Shown here in pieces: positions 33,026 through 43,559 of a stretch of 64,000 bases of DNA; the first letter of the stretch is position 1; each line of letters begins with the position of its first letter. The stretch is from a virus: the IMG/VR virus record IMGVR_UViG_3300038412_000061, positions 1 to 64,000 of that record, one strand, 5' to 3'. A model generated the notes under the pieces. It was not told the DNA's origin, ran no database searches, and worked only from the letters and a program-made list of their open reading frames with translations. A program made the translations under genes and the position numbers.

Positions 33026-33583
33026 ATGGTTGATTTCAATATTGAGGGTAACGACACGTCTTTGGACGAGAGCAAAGATGTTGTGTTCGAAGCGTCCGCT
33101 CCAGCTGTGGACAAGAGCACACCTCTGTTCTCGCTGAAGAACCGCCGTGCCGAGATTCTCAAGACTCTCTACATCGATCTTCGCGTTCCGCGCTACGACG
33201 AGCCTGAGGTATGGGTTCGATTCAAGCCTGTCAACACCGTTCACATGAACGCTGTTCTGGAAAAGCGTCGTAAGTCCAAGGAACCCGACTGGGGCCTGAA
33301 AGCAAACGCAGAAGTTCTTATCAACTCTTGCATCGGCATCTACGCAATGTTCCCAGAGGACACCAATGCGAAGTACTCTTTGCGCGAGGGAGACCCTCTG
33401 GGGGAGTGGACCAAGTTCGATACCGCACTGGCAAAGGCTCTGGACATCACACCCGATGACCATGACTCCGCTACATCTGTGGTTCGTTCATTCTACATGG
33501 CCGATGGTGACCTTGTGGACACTACCGAACGTCTTTTGAAGTGGTCCAACATCTCCAACAACGAGGCCGACACAGTTTTTTAG
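33026..33583 (+). CDS. Tail assembly chaperone
   Basis: Between tube and tape measure; ends in GTT TTT TAG. Confidence 0.8.
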   Translation: MVDFNIEGNDTSLDESKDVVFEASAPAVDKSTPLFSLKNRRAEILKTLYIDLRVPRYDEPEVWVRFKPVNTVHMNAVLEKRRKSKEPDWGLKANAEVLINSCIGIYAMFPEDTNAKYSLREGDPLGEWTKFDTALAKALDITPDDHDSATSVVRSFYMADGDLVDTTERLLKWSNISNNEADTVF

Positions 33584-33807
33584 AAGCCCTGAGCAAGGAA
33601 CCATACGTTGAGCAAGCGGCTTACGCACTCATGGCGGGTATGGACCCACTTCAGCTTCTAGACCAGGGCGTAGAAGAACACTTAATCAGCATAGCGATCC
33701 TAAACAAGTCGCTCGAAATCGGAAGCAAGAACAAGGTTGAGGAGTTCAAAATACTTTCTCAATTGACTGCCTACGAGCTGGCTAAGATACTCGTTAAAAT
33801 ACTCTAA
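33575..33807 (+). CDS. -1 frameshift extension of the tail chaperone
   Basis: T6 run 33576-33581; the -1 frame stays open to 33807. Confidence 0.7.
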
Positions 33808-33843
33808 CCCAATACCGTCTTAATATCCATAGGCGGCGAGAGA

Positions 33844-33877
33844 CCGCTACCCTTCGGGGTGGCGGCTTTCTTGTTTA
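33844..33877 (+). terminator. Terminator/attenuator before tape measure
   Basis: CCGCTACCC-TTCG-GGGTGGCGG then CTTTCTTGTTT. Confidence 0.75.
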
Positions 33878-33886
33878 AGGAACAAA

Positions 33887-36800
33887 ATGTCAAACGTAGG
33901 GCCAGATGGCGTTGTAGTACCAATTGTAGTGGATACAGGTGATTCTGCGCAGCAGATCACCACCACCGATGACGCCATCAAGGGCTTGGCGGACAGCGCC
34001 AAGGGTGCCGATGCTGCCCTCATAGGACTCGCAGATGCCAACGACATAGTCGTAATCTCAACCGACAGAGTAACAAAGGCACTCCTTCGAAAGAGGGCAG
34101 CTGCTGGGGAGGACGTTAGCGAAGCGAAAGCTCAGGTAGCGGCACAGGAAGACGTTGCAGCCGCGACCGACGCTGCAGCCGCGTCTGCAGACAGAAATGT
34201 CGCTGCTCTAGACGCTGAGGCTGCCGCATACGCTCGTACTGAGGCTGCGGCTATGACGATGGCTGCCACCCAGGAAGAGGTTGCTGCCAATGTGGCAGCT
34301 GCCAATGCTGCTCTTGGGTCTACGTATGCCGGAATGAGCAAGCTAGAGATGCTCGGCACACCAGCACTGATGAAGGCAGCTACGTGGTCGGTTTTGGGTG
34401 TCGGTGGCATCGCTTACGAAGGCATCAAGCAGTACATGAACTTCAACAAGCTGATTACCCAGACTATCACCCAGGCCGGACAGCCAGCCAGCAACATGGG
34501 ATACCTGACCAACATGACCGAGAGCATCTCCAAGATGACTGGTGTTGGCCTTACGGATGTAGCTAACAACCTGTACCGTGTAGCTTCCGGTACCGCCTCA
34601 TGGAACAACGGTCTCGGCGCAACCAAAAAGCAGCTCGCGGACATCGTGACATCTGTGACTAAGCTGCAGGTTCTTGGGAACGTGCCAGCCGGTGCAGCAT
34701 CAGAGCAGGCCGCTCGTGTTATCACCGCTCTTGTCAACTCCAACATCGTCGGTGTGGGTAGAAACCCCGATAAAGCTGCTGCTCTAATCAACGCTGCCGT
34801 TGGTTCTGGTGACATGCGCCTTAATGACTTGGTTCCTGGTATCGGACGTGGCGTTCTGCAATCTGCCAAGGCTAACGGCTTGAGCGCCCAGGACATGCTT
34901 TCGTGGATTGCCCTCCAGACGTCTATGGGTACTACAGCCAACGTTGCTGGTAACTACGTTAAGACAGGTATAAACCTTTTGGCCAACCCGTCTGCGCAGG
35001 GAGTTCTGGCAGAAGCGATGATTGGTATCAAGCCTGGTGAAATGCAGGGCATCATGTCAGGCCCCGGTGGCCTACAACAAGCCGTGGAGGTGTTCGACAA
35101 CGCCATCAAGCACTTTGCTCCAGCATCCGGCATGGTGTCGTACCGAACTCCCGAAGGTTTTCCTCGACCACAGTCCCCAGGAATCATTGGTGCCATCAAC
35201 AAACTGCAGACATGGATGGTCGGGGAGATGAACCCCACCGTTTTGAAGCAGTGGGAGCATGGTGGAAGCGCGGCCTCTGGTGGGCTTACCGCCAAGAACC
35301 TTCAATGGGTGCAGGACTTGATCATGACCAAGGCGTTTGGTGGGTCAAAGCAGTTCGCCACCCTTGCTGCTATTTTGAAGAACCCTCAGCTTCTTTCTGG
35401 TATCGAGTCATCAATCCAAAACAAATCATCTCTTTCGTATTTCAACTCATCGTACGGAATCGCAGCAATGACTCCTTCTCAGCGCTTCCACAAGGACCTA
35501 GCGTCAATTGAGGTTGACCTTGTAAAGGCTGGACAGGCTCTTTACCCAATTACTATCAAGCTAGTTGACGGGTTCACTTGGTTCGTTGGAAAGCTTGTTT
35601 CCTGGAAGCCAGCTCTATTCGAGATCGGCGCCGCCATGCTAGCCATTGTAGGGTTCGCCGCATTGGTAAAGGCGGCGTCTATTGGGAAAAGTGCCATGGC
35701 GCTTTACGGTGGAATACTGACGAAGTTCGACCCTCAGGGCACGAACATGATGCACTTCAGAAATGCCTACCAGTACCAGTCCGTTGGGACGATGGCAGAC
35801 ATAGGGGAGCAGGTCAGAAAGGCTGGCATCGCCACCCAAGAACAAATAAAGGTTGAGGGAACGGGTATCGAGGCAGCCGTTCGAGATGTTGGCACCGCCG
35901 AGGTTACTGCTCTGAATGAAGTGCGTGACATGATCGCTGCAGGGTCTGGCCTCAAGGGTGGCACTCCTGGTGGTGGCTCATTGATCAACCGTACCGCAGC
36001 TGGGGGCTCTTCGACAGAGTCAACTATAGTGGCAGGAGAGGCGGCGTCCGCGTCCAGAACGACACTTCTTCGTGACCCGGTAACGGGAAGGATGATGAGC
36101 GCAGAGGCTAGTGCAGCCGCCATGTCTCAGGAGGCCAATGCCGCCAGTCTAGCGGCTTACTATGGTTACAATGATCGACGTTTTCAGGCAGTTAACCCGG
36201 TAACTGGTGCTTTTATGGGAGACGCGCAGGTAAGCGCCCGTGCATCTAGAATTGCAGAAATAAGCAATCTTGAGGCCATGGGGGCTGCGCAGAACGCTTC
36301 CATCAACAGTTCAATGGCGAGCATAGCTGCGAGAGGAGCTGGCCGTAGCACTGGGTACCCAGGTTACAGTGGTCCGATGCCTTACGTGCTCCCTTCTGAC
36401 GGATGGTCTGGTGCAGCAAAAGAGATGTCATCCGTTGTGCCTACCGTGGCTTCAGACGTATCAAAGGTCGGCATCCTGTCTAGGATAGGGTCGCTTGGAG
36501 CGAGCGCGCTCGATCTGGTCGGCGGTCCCGTTGGAATAGCAATGCTTGTGGCCACTGTGATGCCGCTTGCAATGCCATACATGATCCATGGGATAAGCGC
36601 TCTTGGTGGTGTCATAGGGAGATGGCTTTCTGGCTCATCAACCCCGCAAGTCTTGAAGGTGCCAACCGTAGATGCATATTCACGTACTCAGTCTCAATTA
36701 AGCTCTTCAATCTCCTCTTACCAAAAGCAGATAGCAACCATGAATAAGGGGGGATTCAACTACGCAACCGCGACCCCAGACCAGCTGGCACGTTACTTTA

Positions 36801-37756
36801 ATCTCCACGGCGCCCTAAGCTCAACTGAGATGGCATTGAAGAACCTCTCTCCAGCCGCTCAGATGAAGGAGTTCAAGGCGGCCTGGTCAAGGTCCAACGA
36901 CCCACAGATGAATGCTCTGATGGGGCTTACTTCTACTGGGTCGTCCTTGTTCAGCGAACTTGGGACTTCATCTAACCTTTCAACTGCGTGGTTGCCAAAT
37001 GGTGGTTCATCAAGACTGATAAGTGCCTTCAGGGGATACAATGGGCCAGGAGCCGCCGTCATACACGCCATGCTAGCCGGTACCAGGGGGCTGAACAAGA
37101 AGTACAGCTACTTGCAGAATGCTTCTCCACGCCAAGTTGACACATTGATAAATTCCACGCTGTCCGGAATCTTCTCTGGAGCTCAAAGAGAACTGTCAAC
37201 ACCAGAGGCCGTCGCCGCACTCCAGGGCAACAAGATCATCCCTGACTTCGCCGGATACATGGCTGCTGAGGGGAAGATAAGATCCCAGGCAAACTACGGA
37301 AACCTAGCCCAGTCTCTCACTCTCAAGGGTCTGACGACAAAGAACTACAAGCAGCGCTATGGCTCAGCTGAAGGAATTTCGGCAGCTCTGTCAGGAATCG
37401 CAGTGTCCGACATGATAAGAAGCAAGGCCCCCGGCACCAGCTCCGCAACCGCAGAACTTTACAGGGCTGCTTCTAAGAGAGCCCTTGAAGAGGCGCAAGC
37501 CTTCGATGTGCTGAGGAACGAGATGGCCAACAAGCTAAATGGCCAGAAGCTCGATAAGGGGAGCATGAAGGACCTTGCCACAGAGATCACCAACCAGCAG
37601 AGAGACCTGTACAAGGCTCTTGGAATAAGCGCTGTTGACTTTGGCAAGGCATTTGCCAGTGCTCTTTCAAGCCAGTCGAGCACGCTAGCTTCAATGATAA
37701 ACGCAGCCAACTCCCGTGTTAATGGGACTGGCGCCAAGCCACCAGCGCACAGATAA
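33887..37756 (+). CDS. Tape measure protein
   Basis: 1289 aa, A/G-rich, TP901-like core (LYRVASG, AVGSGDM, LLANPS). Confidence 0.93.
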   Translation: MSNVGPDGVVVPIVVDTGDSAQQITTTDDAIKGLADSAKGADAALIGLADANDIVVISTDRVTKALLRKRAAAGEDVSEAKAQVAAQEDVAAATDAAAASADRNVAALDAEAAAYARTEAAAMTMAATQEEVAANVAAANAALGSTYAGMSKLEMLGTPALMKAATWSVLGVGGIAYEGIKQYMNFNKLITQTITQAGQPASNMGYLTNMTESISKMTGVGLTDVANNLYRVASGTASWNNGLGATKKQLADIVTSVTKLQVLGNVPAGAASEQAARVITALVNSNIVGVGRNPDKAAALINAAVGSGDMRLNDLVPGIGRGVLQSAKANGLSAQDMLSWIALQTSMGTTANVAGNYVKTGINLLANPSAQGVLAEAMIGIKPGEMQGIMSGPGGLQQAVEVFDNAIKHFAPASGMVSYRTPEGFPRPQSPGIIGAINKLQTWMVGEMNPTVLKQWEHGGSAASGGLTAKNLQWVQDLIMTKAFGGSKQFATLAAILKNPQLLSGIESSIQNKSSLSYFNSSYGIAAMTPSQRFHKDLASIEVDLVKAGQALYPITIKLVDGFTWFVGKLVSWKPALFEIGAAMLAIVGFAALVKAASIGKSAMALYGGILTKFDPQGTNMMHFRNAYQYQSVGTMADIGEQVRKAGIATQEQIKVEGTGIEAAVRDVGTAEVTALNEVRDMIAAGSGLKGGTPGGGSLINRTAAGGSSTESTIVAGEAASASRTTLLRDPVTGRMMSAEASAAAMSQEANAASLAAYYGYNDRRFQAVNPVTGAFMGDAQVSARASRIAEISNLEAMGAAQNASINSSMASIAARGAGRSTGYPGYSGPMPYVLPSDGWSGAAKEMSSVVPTVASDVSKVGILSRIGSLGASALDLVGGPVGIAMLVATVMPLAMPYMIHGISALGGVIGRWLSGSSTPQVLKVPTVDAYSRTQSQLSSSISSYQKQIATMNKGGFNYATATPDQLARYFNLHGALSSTEMALKNLSPAAQMKEFKAAWSRSNDPQMNALMGLTSTGSSLFSELGTSSNLSTAWLPNGGSSRLISAFRGYNGPGAAVIHAMLAGTRGLNKKYSYLQNASPRQVDTLINSTLSGIFSGAQRELSTPEAVAALQGNKIIPDFAGYMAAEGKIRSQANYGNLAQSLTLKGLTTKNYKQRYGSAEGISAALSGIAVSDMIRSKAPGTSSATAELYRAASKRALEEAQAFDVLRNEMANKLNGQKLDKGSMKDLATEITNQQRDLYKALGISAVDFGKAFASALSSQSSTLASMINAANSRVNGTGAKPPAHR

Positions 37757-37765
37757 GGATCACTG

Positions 37766-38530
37766 ATGGTATTCTCAGGCGGAACCCCCAACCCAACATA
37801 CGTGCCACCGGCGATACAGCCGCCGTCGCGCAACCTAGTCCTCATCCCGTACTCCCCGAACAAGACGTACAAGCCAGTCTCAATTGGCATCGCGGGAATC
37901 GTTCCTCTTACACAGGTGACCGGGTCTGGGGGTTGGCAAATAGTGGACAGGCCAAGACGGGTTTCTGCGACTCAGTGGTACGACCGATCTCCATTCGAAC
38001 TTGTCATACCTGGCATTCTCGATCAGTCTGTGACTAACTCTGCTACTTCTCCCTCTGAGGATGTAGCGCAGATGATTTCATGGATGGACGCCCCAGATGT
38101 GAATGCCACAGTGATACAGCCGCCAACTATAACGGTGCGTGGCCCTATCCTAGGAACCGAACTGACGTGGGTGGTATATTCGCTCAACATCAAGGACGCA
38201 CTGAGGGACAAGTCCACGGGCGAGATAATCCAGCAGATGGTGGACATAACGCTGTATGAGTACAACCCTCCTTTCCCATCGCTTCAGAGGAAGAGCCCAA
38301 CGCAGACAGCCTCCAAGCTGAACAAGAGCTCATCGACAAAGAACTATGTAGTCAAGGCTGGGGACACTTTGGCCAAGATAGCTACGCAGCAGATGAAGGG
38401 CGTGGCGCTTTCGACAGCGGAATCGAAGATCATTGATGCTAACAGGAACGACCCTGCTCTGAATATGAGAAGTCCTAACCAAATACTAACATCCCTTTTA
38501 GGTAAGACTATTAAGATACCGAGCAGCTAA
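37766..38530 (+). CDS. Tail tube initiator with LysM domain
   Basis: YVVKAGDTLAKIA...IIDAN..PNQI..GKTIKIP. Confidence 0.85.
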   Translation: MVFSGGTPNPTYVPPAIQPPSRNLVLIPYSPNKTYKPVSIGIAGIVPLTQVTGSGGWQIVDRPRRVSATQWYDRSPFELVIPGILDQSVTNSATSPSEDVAQMISWMDAPDVNATVIQPPTITVRGPILGTELTWVVYSLNIKDALRDKSTGEIIQQMVDITLYEYNPPFPSLQRKSPTQTASKLNKSSSTKNYVVKAGDTLAKIATQQMKGVALSTAESKIIDANRNDPALNMRSPNQILTSLLGKTIKIPSS

Positions 38531-38532
38531 GA

Positions 38533-39669
38533 ATGGCATCCACGAAGTCAATACCCGCTACCAACAATTCCGCAAAGTCTTCAACAGGTGCGGCGCCACC
38601 GTCGCAGTCTTCTGTAACCGCACCCAACCCAAACGCGCTTCTATCCACGATAGGGTTTGGGGCTCTTGACCTCAGCAACATAAAGTTCGTTGACCCATCT
38701 ACGCACGTCTCTTCATCTGTGCCGGATGCTTACATAGATGCCATCACCGACATCATCTATGAGAAGAATATGAACGGTGTAACGACGGTCACCATGCAGA
38801 TGAACGACCCGACACGAGAGCTGTTGCGAACACTCGTCAAGAATGGCACCGTTCTAACGTTAGTCGATGCTGGCAGAGAGGTGTCATTCGCCTTCACACA
38901 ACAGACCAAGGCAGCTGATCAGCTTCAGCTAGCCTTCGAATCTATGACGGTACACCGCCTGTCAGGCCAGCGTAATCCTCCTGGTACCACCACGACTTAC
39001 ACCAGCACAGCTGTCACCGAGTTCATGGCCTCCCTGGTCCACGCGCTTAATTACAGCGGTTCCCCGTACCCTACGGTCAACTTTGTGGCGCCCGACTATG
39101 CGACTACGTGGTCAGAGATCCGTGGCTTTCTGGGCTCCAAGCCGCTAGCGGTTGGGCTTGGGCGTGGAACAACGGTAGACCCGTTCGAGGACTCGTGGAC
39201 ATGTATGTCTCGCATTGCATCCACCATCGGCTGGCGTTTGTGGGAGAACAACAACACCGTTTATTTTGGGCCAGATGAGTACTGGCTCGGAATCCTCAAC
39301 AAGACTCCGCAGGGTATAGCACAACCCCCAGTGAATGTAGCCCTTGGGACAACTGGCGTCAACATACCAATCATAGAAGAGTTCGGTGATGAGATAATGC
39401 TCGTTGACTTCGACTGGGACGTTAACAAGCCATACGCACAGGCCACCGTTACGTGCATGTTGGACAAGTGGTCATATGACATCGGTGAGATAGTGCAAAC
39501 GAAGAATCTTGGACAAGGAGATGGGTACTGGATGGTGTACGACATGCAGCGAGACCTGTACAACCCTCAGGCCACAATGACGCTTCAGGTTCCGACACCT
39601 CATGCGCAACTGTACGAGCCAACCTCCCTCCCACTCCCCGGATTCCCCCTATCAGCGAAGTTGGTCTAA
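38533..39669 (+). CDS. Baseplate hub protein
   Basis: EDSWTCMSRIASTIGW; position. Confidence 0.7.
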   Translation: MASTKSIPATNNSAKSSTGAAPPSQSSVTAPNPNALLSTIGFGALDLSNIKFVDPSTHVSSSVPDAYIDAITDIIYEKNMNGVTTVTMQMNDPTRELLRTLVKNGTVLTLVDAGREVSFAFTQQTKAADQLQLAFESMTVHRLSGQRNPPGTTTTYTSTAVTEFMASLVHALNYSGSPYPTVNFVAPDYATTWSEIRGFLGSKPLAVGLGRGTTVDPFEDSWTCMSRIASTIGWRLWENNNTVYFGPDEYWLGILNKTPQGIAQPPVNVALGTTGVNIPIIEEFGDEIMLVDFDWDVNKPYAQATVTCMLDKWSYDIGEIVQTKNLGQGDGYWMVYDMQRDLYNPQATMTLQVPTPHAQLYEPTSLPLPGFPLSAKLV

Positions 39670-40086
39670 ATGGGCAGAAGTAATTCTTCATCCACGCTAC
39701 TGCAGCATAACCTTAAATCGATGTTTGGCGTTTTGTCAGACGCTCCTCAGATTAACGGCATTTACTACGGTACCGTTCTGCAGACACACGTTTCCATTGG
39801 TCTCGGGGCATCCTCGCCAATACCCGCTGGAATGATGACTGTCAACATTCCCACCCTTGGCGTTAACTACGTGTCAGACCCAGTTCCATACCCTGGGACG
39901 GTTGCACCGGCACCTGGCACCCAGGTTGCGGTTGGGTTCGACGCCGCCTCCAACCCAGTGGTCCTGGCCATGTACAACAACCCGCCTGGAGTTAGTGGGA
40001 CGGTTACATTGGCATCACTGGGCACTCACGCTGGTTCACTAACCTTTGTGGATGGCATCATAACCGCGTTCACAGCACCCGCCTAA
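39670..40086 (+). CDS. Baseplate spike (gpV-like)
   Basis: IYYGTV..VNIPTL..PAPGTQVAVGF OB-fold pattern; LTFVDGII tip. Confidence 0.7.
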   Translation: MGRSNSSSTLLQHNLKSMFGVLSDAPQINGIYYGTVLQTHVSIGLGASSPIPAGMMTVNIPTLGVNYVSDPVPYPGTVAPAPGTQVAVGFDAASNPVVLAMYNNPPGVSGTVTLASLGTHAGSLTFVDGIITAFTAPA

Positions 40087-40090
40087 ACAC

Positions 40091-40119
40091 TTGCTTTTTT
40101 GACAATCGTATGGTAAGAT
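40091..40119 (+). promoter_or_regulatory. Internal SigA-type promoter
   Basis: TTGCTT-17-TAAGAT with TGn in an intergenic gap. Confidence 0.55.
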
Positions 40120-40145
40120 CATAAGAAGACTGGACCTTTACGCCC

Positions 40146-40856
40146 ATGGCGCAACCCATCACAAATCTAACTGCTGACTGGATGCCGTCCATGGGGATTC
40201 TACTCCAGTGGACAGCGGCCACAGACGCTACCAATGAGTCTGTTTACGAGATTTACGTCCTCCAAGACGTGCTGTCTCACTCGCCATCGTGGAACCTTGT
40301 CGGACAAGGGCTTCCGTACGTCGTGCCATCCACGTCCCCCGGCACTTCCGCACCCGTCTTCCTTACGGTTGTAGCCCCTGCGACAGACTTCACTTTTTCC
40401 CAGTCTTCCATCGACGCCATAATGGGACCTGGATCAACTGTAGCTCCAGACTCTTTGGCTTTTTCGATCATACACGTTGACGCCACTGGCGCTTCAAGCA
40501 CCGCACTGAGTGTTTCGGCATTCAAGCCTTCACAGAATGTCACCTACGGAGTACCTCACTTCAAGAACGAGGTGTCACTTGATTCGTTTGGGCAATTCCG
40601 CGTCAACCCACAAGACTCGTACGGTGATATTGCGTCCAACGCCGAGATGTTTCTTGGGACTCTACCTGGCCAGAGAGACATGGTCCCTGACTACGGAGTT
40701 CCTGATTTGCCCTTCAGCGAGTTGGACATCATCAAGATAACAAACGATTTGAACTTTTACGATGACAGAGCGAACGCCATCATCTCTGTGCAGGTAGACG
40801 ATTATGACAACGCAACCTTGAGCGTCAAGGTTCAGGGTGGACAGGGCGGAGTGTAA
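40146..40856 (+). CDS. Baseplate wedge gp25/gpW-like protein with N-terminal FN3-like domain
   Basis: TLPGQRDMVPDYGVPD; LQWTAATD...YEIY. Confidence 0.75.
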   Translation: MAQPITNLTADWMPSMGILLQWTAATDATNESVYEIYVLQDVLSHSPSWNLVGQGLPYVVPSTSPGTSAPVFLTVVAPATDFTFSQSSIDAIMGPGSTVAPDSLAFSIIHVDATGASSTALSVSAFKPSQNVTYGVPHFKNEVSLDSFGQFRVNPQDSYGDIASNAEMFLGTLPGQRDMVPDYGVPDLPFSELDIIKITNDLNFYDDRANAIISVQVDDYDNATLSVKVQGGQGGV

Positions 40857-40858
40857 AG

Positions 40859-43558
40859 ATGCCAACAAATTACATATCGTTGCCCGTAGTCACAGACAGC
40901 GATGTCATTGTCCAGCAGGCTCTTGCAAACATTTCAAAATCTCTGCCGGGATGGGTCGCGCGCGAAGGCAACCTAGAGGTGCTTATTCTTGAGCAGATGG
41001 CTGTCGCTGCCGCCGAGGCAGCTACCGTCGCTTCTGACGTTCCGGCGAACATCTTCACTTCATTCGGCGCCATGGTTGGTATCACGCCAATGCCAGGAAC
41101 TTATGAGACGATTCAGGTGACTCTGAACCTTGCCAACCCAGCGTCTGGGAGCCCAGGTTACCAGATTCCATCAGGGACTCAGATGGGTTTCTACTTCTCT
41201 GGGGCGTCCTACGTTTTCCAAACAACTGCAGATGCCCTTATCCCCACAGGGCAGTCAAGCATTTCTCTAACGGTTCAGGCAGTGGCCACAGGTTCTATCT
41301 ACGACCTTGATGCCCTAGCTTTGACGAGCGGTCTGAATCTGTCAAGTCAGTACCTGCAGTATGTCTCTTCAGACCCTTTGGTCTCAAACATCATCATCAC
41401 TTCAACGCCGGGAACGAACTCCGCGCTGGTTTTGGGAACTGACCCAGAGACTACCACATCATTCTTGAATCGCCTTTCTGCTGAATTGCAGCTTCTGGCT
41501 CCCCGTCCCATCACATCTTCGGACTATTCTCTGTTCTCACAGAACGTTGCCGGGATCTACCGCGCCTTGTCAATTGACGGCATCAATCCGTTCAGCAACT
41601 TGATGTCTGCGGCTAACGCCAACATGACCATAGCTCCAACTTCTTCCAGCGCACCAGCTGGATGGATCGGAGTAGGTGACGGCGGTACCAATGTAGCGGC
41701 AGTTACGACCCCTGGCACCGCACCGTCAAACTACGCTTTAGTAACCACAGCTGCATCTGCCCTCGTGTCTGGTGCGGCGCTTCAGGCGGCCAGCGTTGTT
41801 GGCGCAACATCCCTCACGGTAGTCGTGGGAACCGGCCCAACGTTCAGCACCTCCACGAGCCCTAGCAACCCTTCGATCATCATCATCGATGACGCTACCA
41901 ATGGAAACGAAGCCGCCGTCGTCATAGGAGCAGCTGCAGCCACCGGTACCGGTGGAACAACGCAGCAAGTCATAACCCTTAGCTCTCCCCTGCACTACGC
42001 TCATGGTACATCAGCTACCGTTTCGGCAGGCCAGGGTGTTCAGCTTCCTCTTGTCGGAGGTGCACCAGGGAACGCAGGCGTCACTGCAGCCAACTCAAAG
42101 TACTATCAGGCGTCTGCTGTAGTGGAGTGCGGGTCGGATACAACGGCCACGGCAAAGCCCGCCATAGTAGCAGTGGCTACATACCTCGATGGGTCTACAT
42201 CGGTATTCTCTAACGAGCCACAGTACACGAGCCGACTGTTCGATTACACTTCAGCGCCGAAGACGATTTACTGCAACATTCCCGTGACGAACTCTGGGAC
42301 TACCAACAACATTGCTGGATCGGCCAACTCTCCCTACAACACACTGAAGCCTTCACTTGTTTCAGTCCAAACATACGTTGTGTGGACACTGGCTGGAGCA
42401 TCAAAGACGCACTACATCTACTACGACAGCGTTTCGGCTTCGCCATACCGTTTTGACGGAGACGACAACCCAACGGTATCAACAAGTTACTGGAACTTCA
42501 TTCCCGACTCCAACCTAGCGAGCTATTATTTTGCCAACTCTGCCGTGGGTTCGTGGACCATTCCAGCTGGCGTAACTGTTCTACCAGGATTTGGGATGCA
42601 GTGTCTCGGAACGGGGAGTGCTTTGGGAAGTGCCCTCACCGCAGTGTCTCAGATTTTCAACCTGTCGAACGTAGCCTCTGACATAGGACCGGGCACCACC
42701 TCAAGAACGTATACGGCATTTGCGACAATTGACTCATCTTACACGGGATCTACTTATGGAGACATAGCCCTAGAGGTATGGGACATGTCAACCGGTACCG
42801 CGTTGGCGTCTGTTTCACCGGCCTCCGCGAGTTTGTCAACGGTGGTGCTGCCGTTCACAATCACTACAGCAAAAGATGTCGAAATCAGGATTGTGTTCGG
42901 TGCTGGTCTTGACGTACCGCTTAACTCAAGCGTGGTTGTTTCAGAGATCGGAGTGATGAGCGGAAGCCAGAACTCCAATTACTGCCTGACGCACAACGAC
43001 GTTGGTTATTCATGGACTCCTGGAGGCCTGTACTCGACCCAGACCTTCAACTACCCACGAATGGTATCGATCTGTCCACTTGATGTTGATGGGCTTGGGG
43101 CCATCGACGGCACAAATGACAACTTGATTCAGTACTTGTCTTCGCGCCGTGAGGTAAACTTCGTCACCAACGTCTTGCAACCTAGCTACTTTCCAATCGA
43201 TGTTCAATGGACTGCATTCATAGATCCGGGTTACGACGCGTCAACAATACAGGCAAACGTCAATGCCGCCATCCGAGCTTTCCTCAACCCAGCCACATGG
43301 GCGAACGGCAACAACAACCCACCATTGTGGGACGGCTCTCAAACTACTATTCGCATCTTCGACATCGCCTCAGCAATGAGCGCGGTGCAGGGGCTGGGAA
43401 GTATCACCTCTGTTACAACCAGAGTGTCATACCCAATCTCTGGATCGTACGGAACGTCTGACATCACTATGGTTGGCATTGCTGGCTTGCCGATTGCCAA
43501 TAACATAATCGGTTCAGTCATCGACCCACGAAATGTCGCATACAGCGGTCTGACCTAG
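40859..43558 (+). CDS. Baseplate J-like protein with large internal insertion
   Basis: GTDPET..FLNRL..PITSSDY; C-terminal IRAFLNP. Confidence 0.88.
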   Translation: MPTNYISLPVVTDSDVIVQQALANISKSLPGWVAREGNLEVLILEQMAVAAAEAATVASDVPANIFTSFGAMVGITPMPGTYETIQVTLNLANPASGSPGYQIPSGTQMGFYFSGASYVFQTTADALIPTGQSSISLTVQAVATGSIYDLDALALTSGLNLSSQYLQYVSSDPLVSNIIITSTPGTNSALVLGTDPETTTSFLNRLSAELQLLAPRPITSSDYSLFSQNVAGIYRALSIDGINPFSNLMSAANANMTIAPTSSSAPAGWIGVGDGGTNVAAVTTPGTAPSNYALVTTAASALVSGAALQAASVVGATSLTVVVGTGPTFSTSTSPSNPSIIIIDDATNGNEAAVVIGAAAATGTGGTTQQVITLSSPLHYAHGTSATVSAGQGVQLPLVGGAPGNAGVTAANSKYYQASAVVECGSDTTATAKPAIVAVATYLDGSTSVFSNEPQYTSRLFDYTSAPKTIYCNIPVTNSGTTNNIAGSANSPYNTLKPSLVSVQTYVVWTLAGASKTHYIYYDSVSASPYRFDGDDNPTVSTSYWNFIPDSNLASYYFANSAVGSWTIPAGVTVLPGFGMQCLGTGSALGSALTAVSQIFNLSNVASDIGPGTTSRTYTAFATIDSSYTGSTYGDIALEVWDMSTGTALASVSPASASLSTVVLPFTITTAKDVEIRIVFGAGLDVPLNSSVVVSEIGVMSGSQNSNYCLTHNDVGYSWTPGGLYSTQTFNYPRMVSICPLDVDGLGAIDGTNDNLIQYLSSRREVNFVTNVLQPSYFPIDVQWTAFIDPGYDASTIQANVNAAIRAFLNPATWANGNNNPPLWDGSQTTIRIFDIASAMSAVQGLGSITSVTTRVSYPISGSYGTSDITMVGIAGLPIANNIIGSVIDPRNVAYSGLT

Positions 43559-43559
43559 C

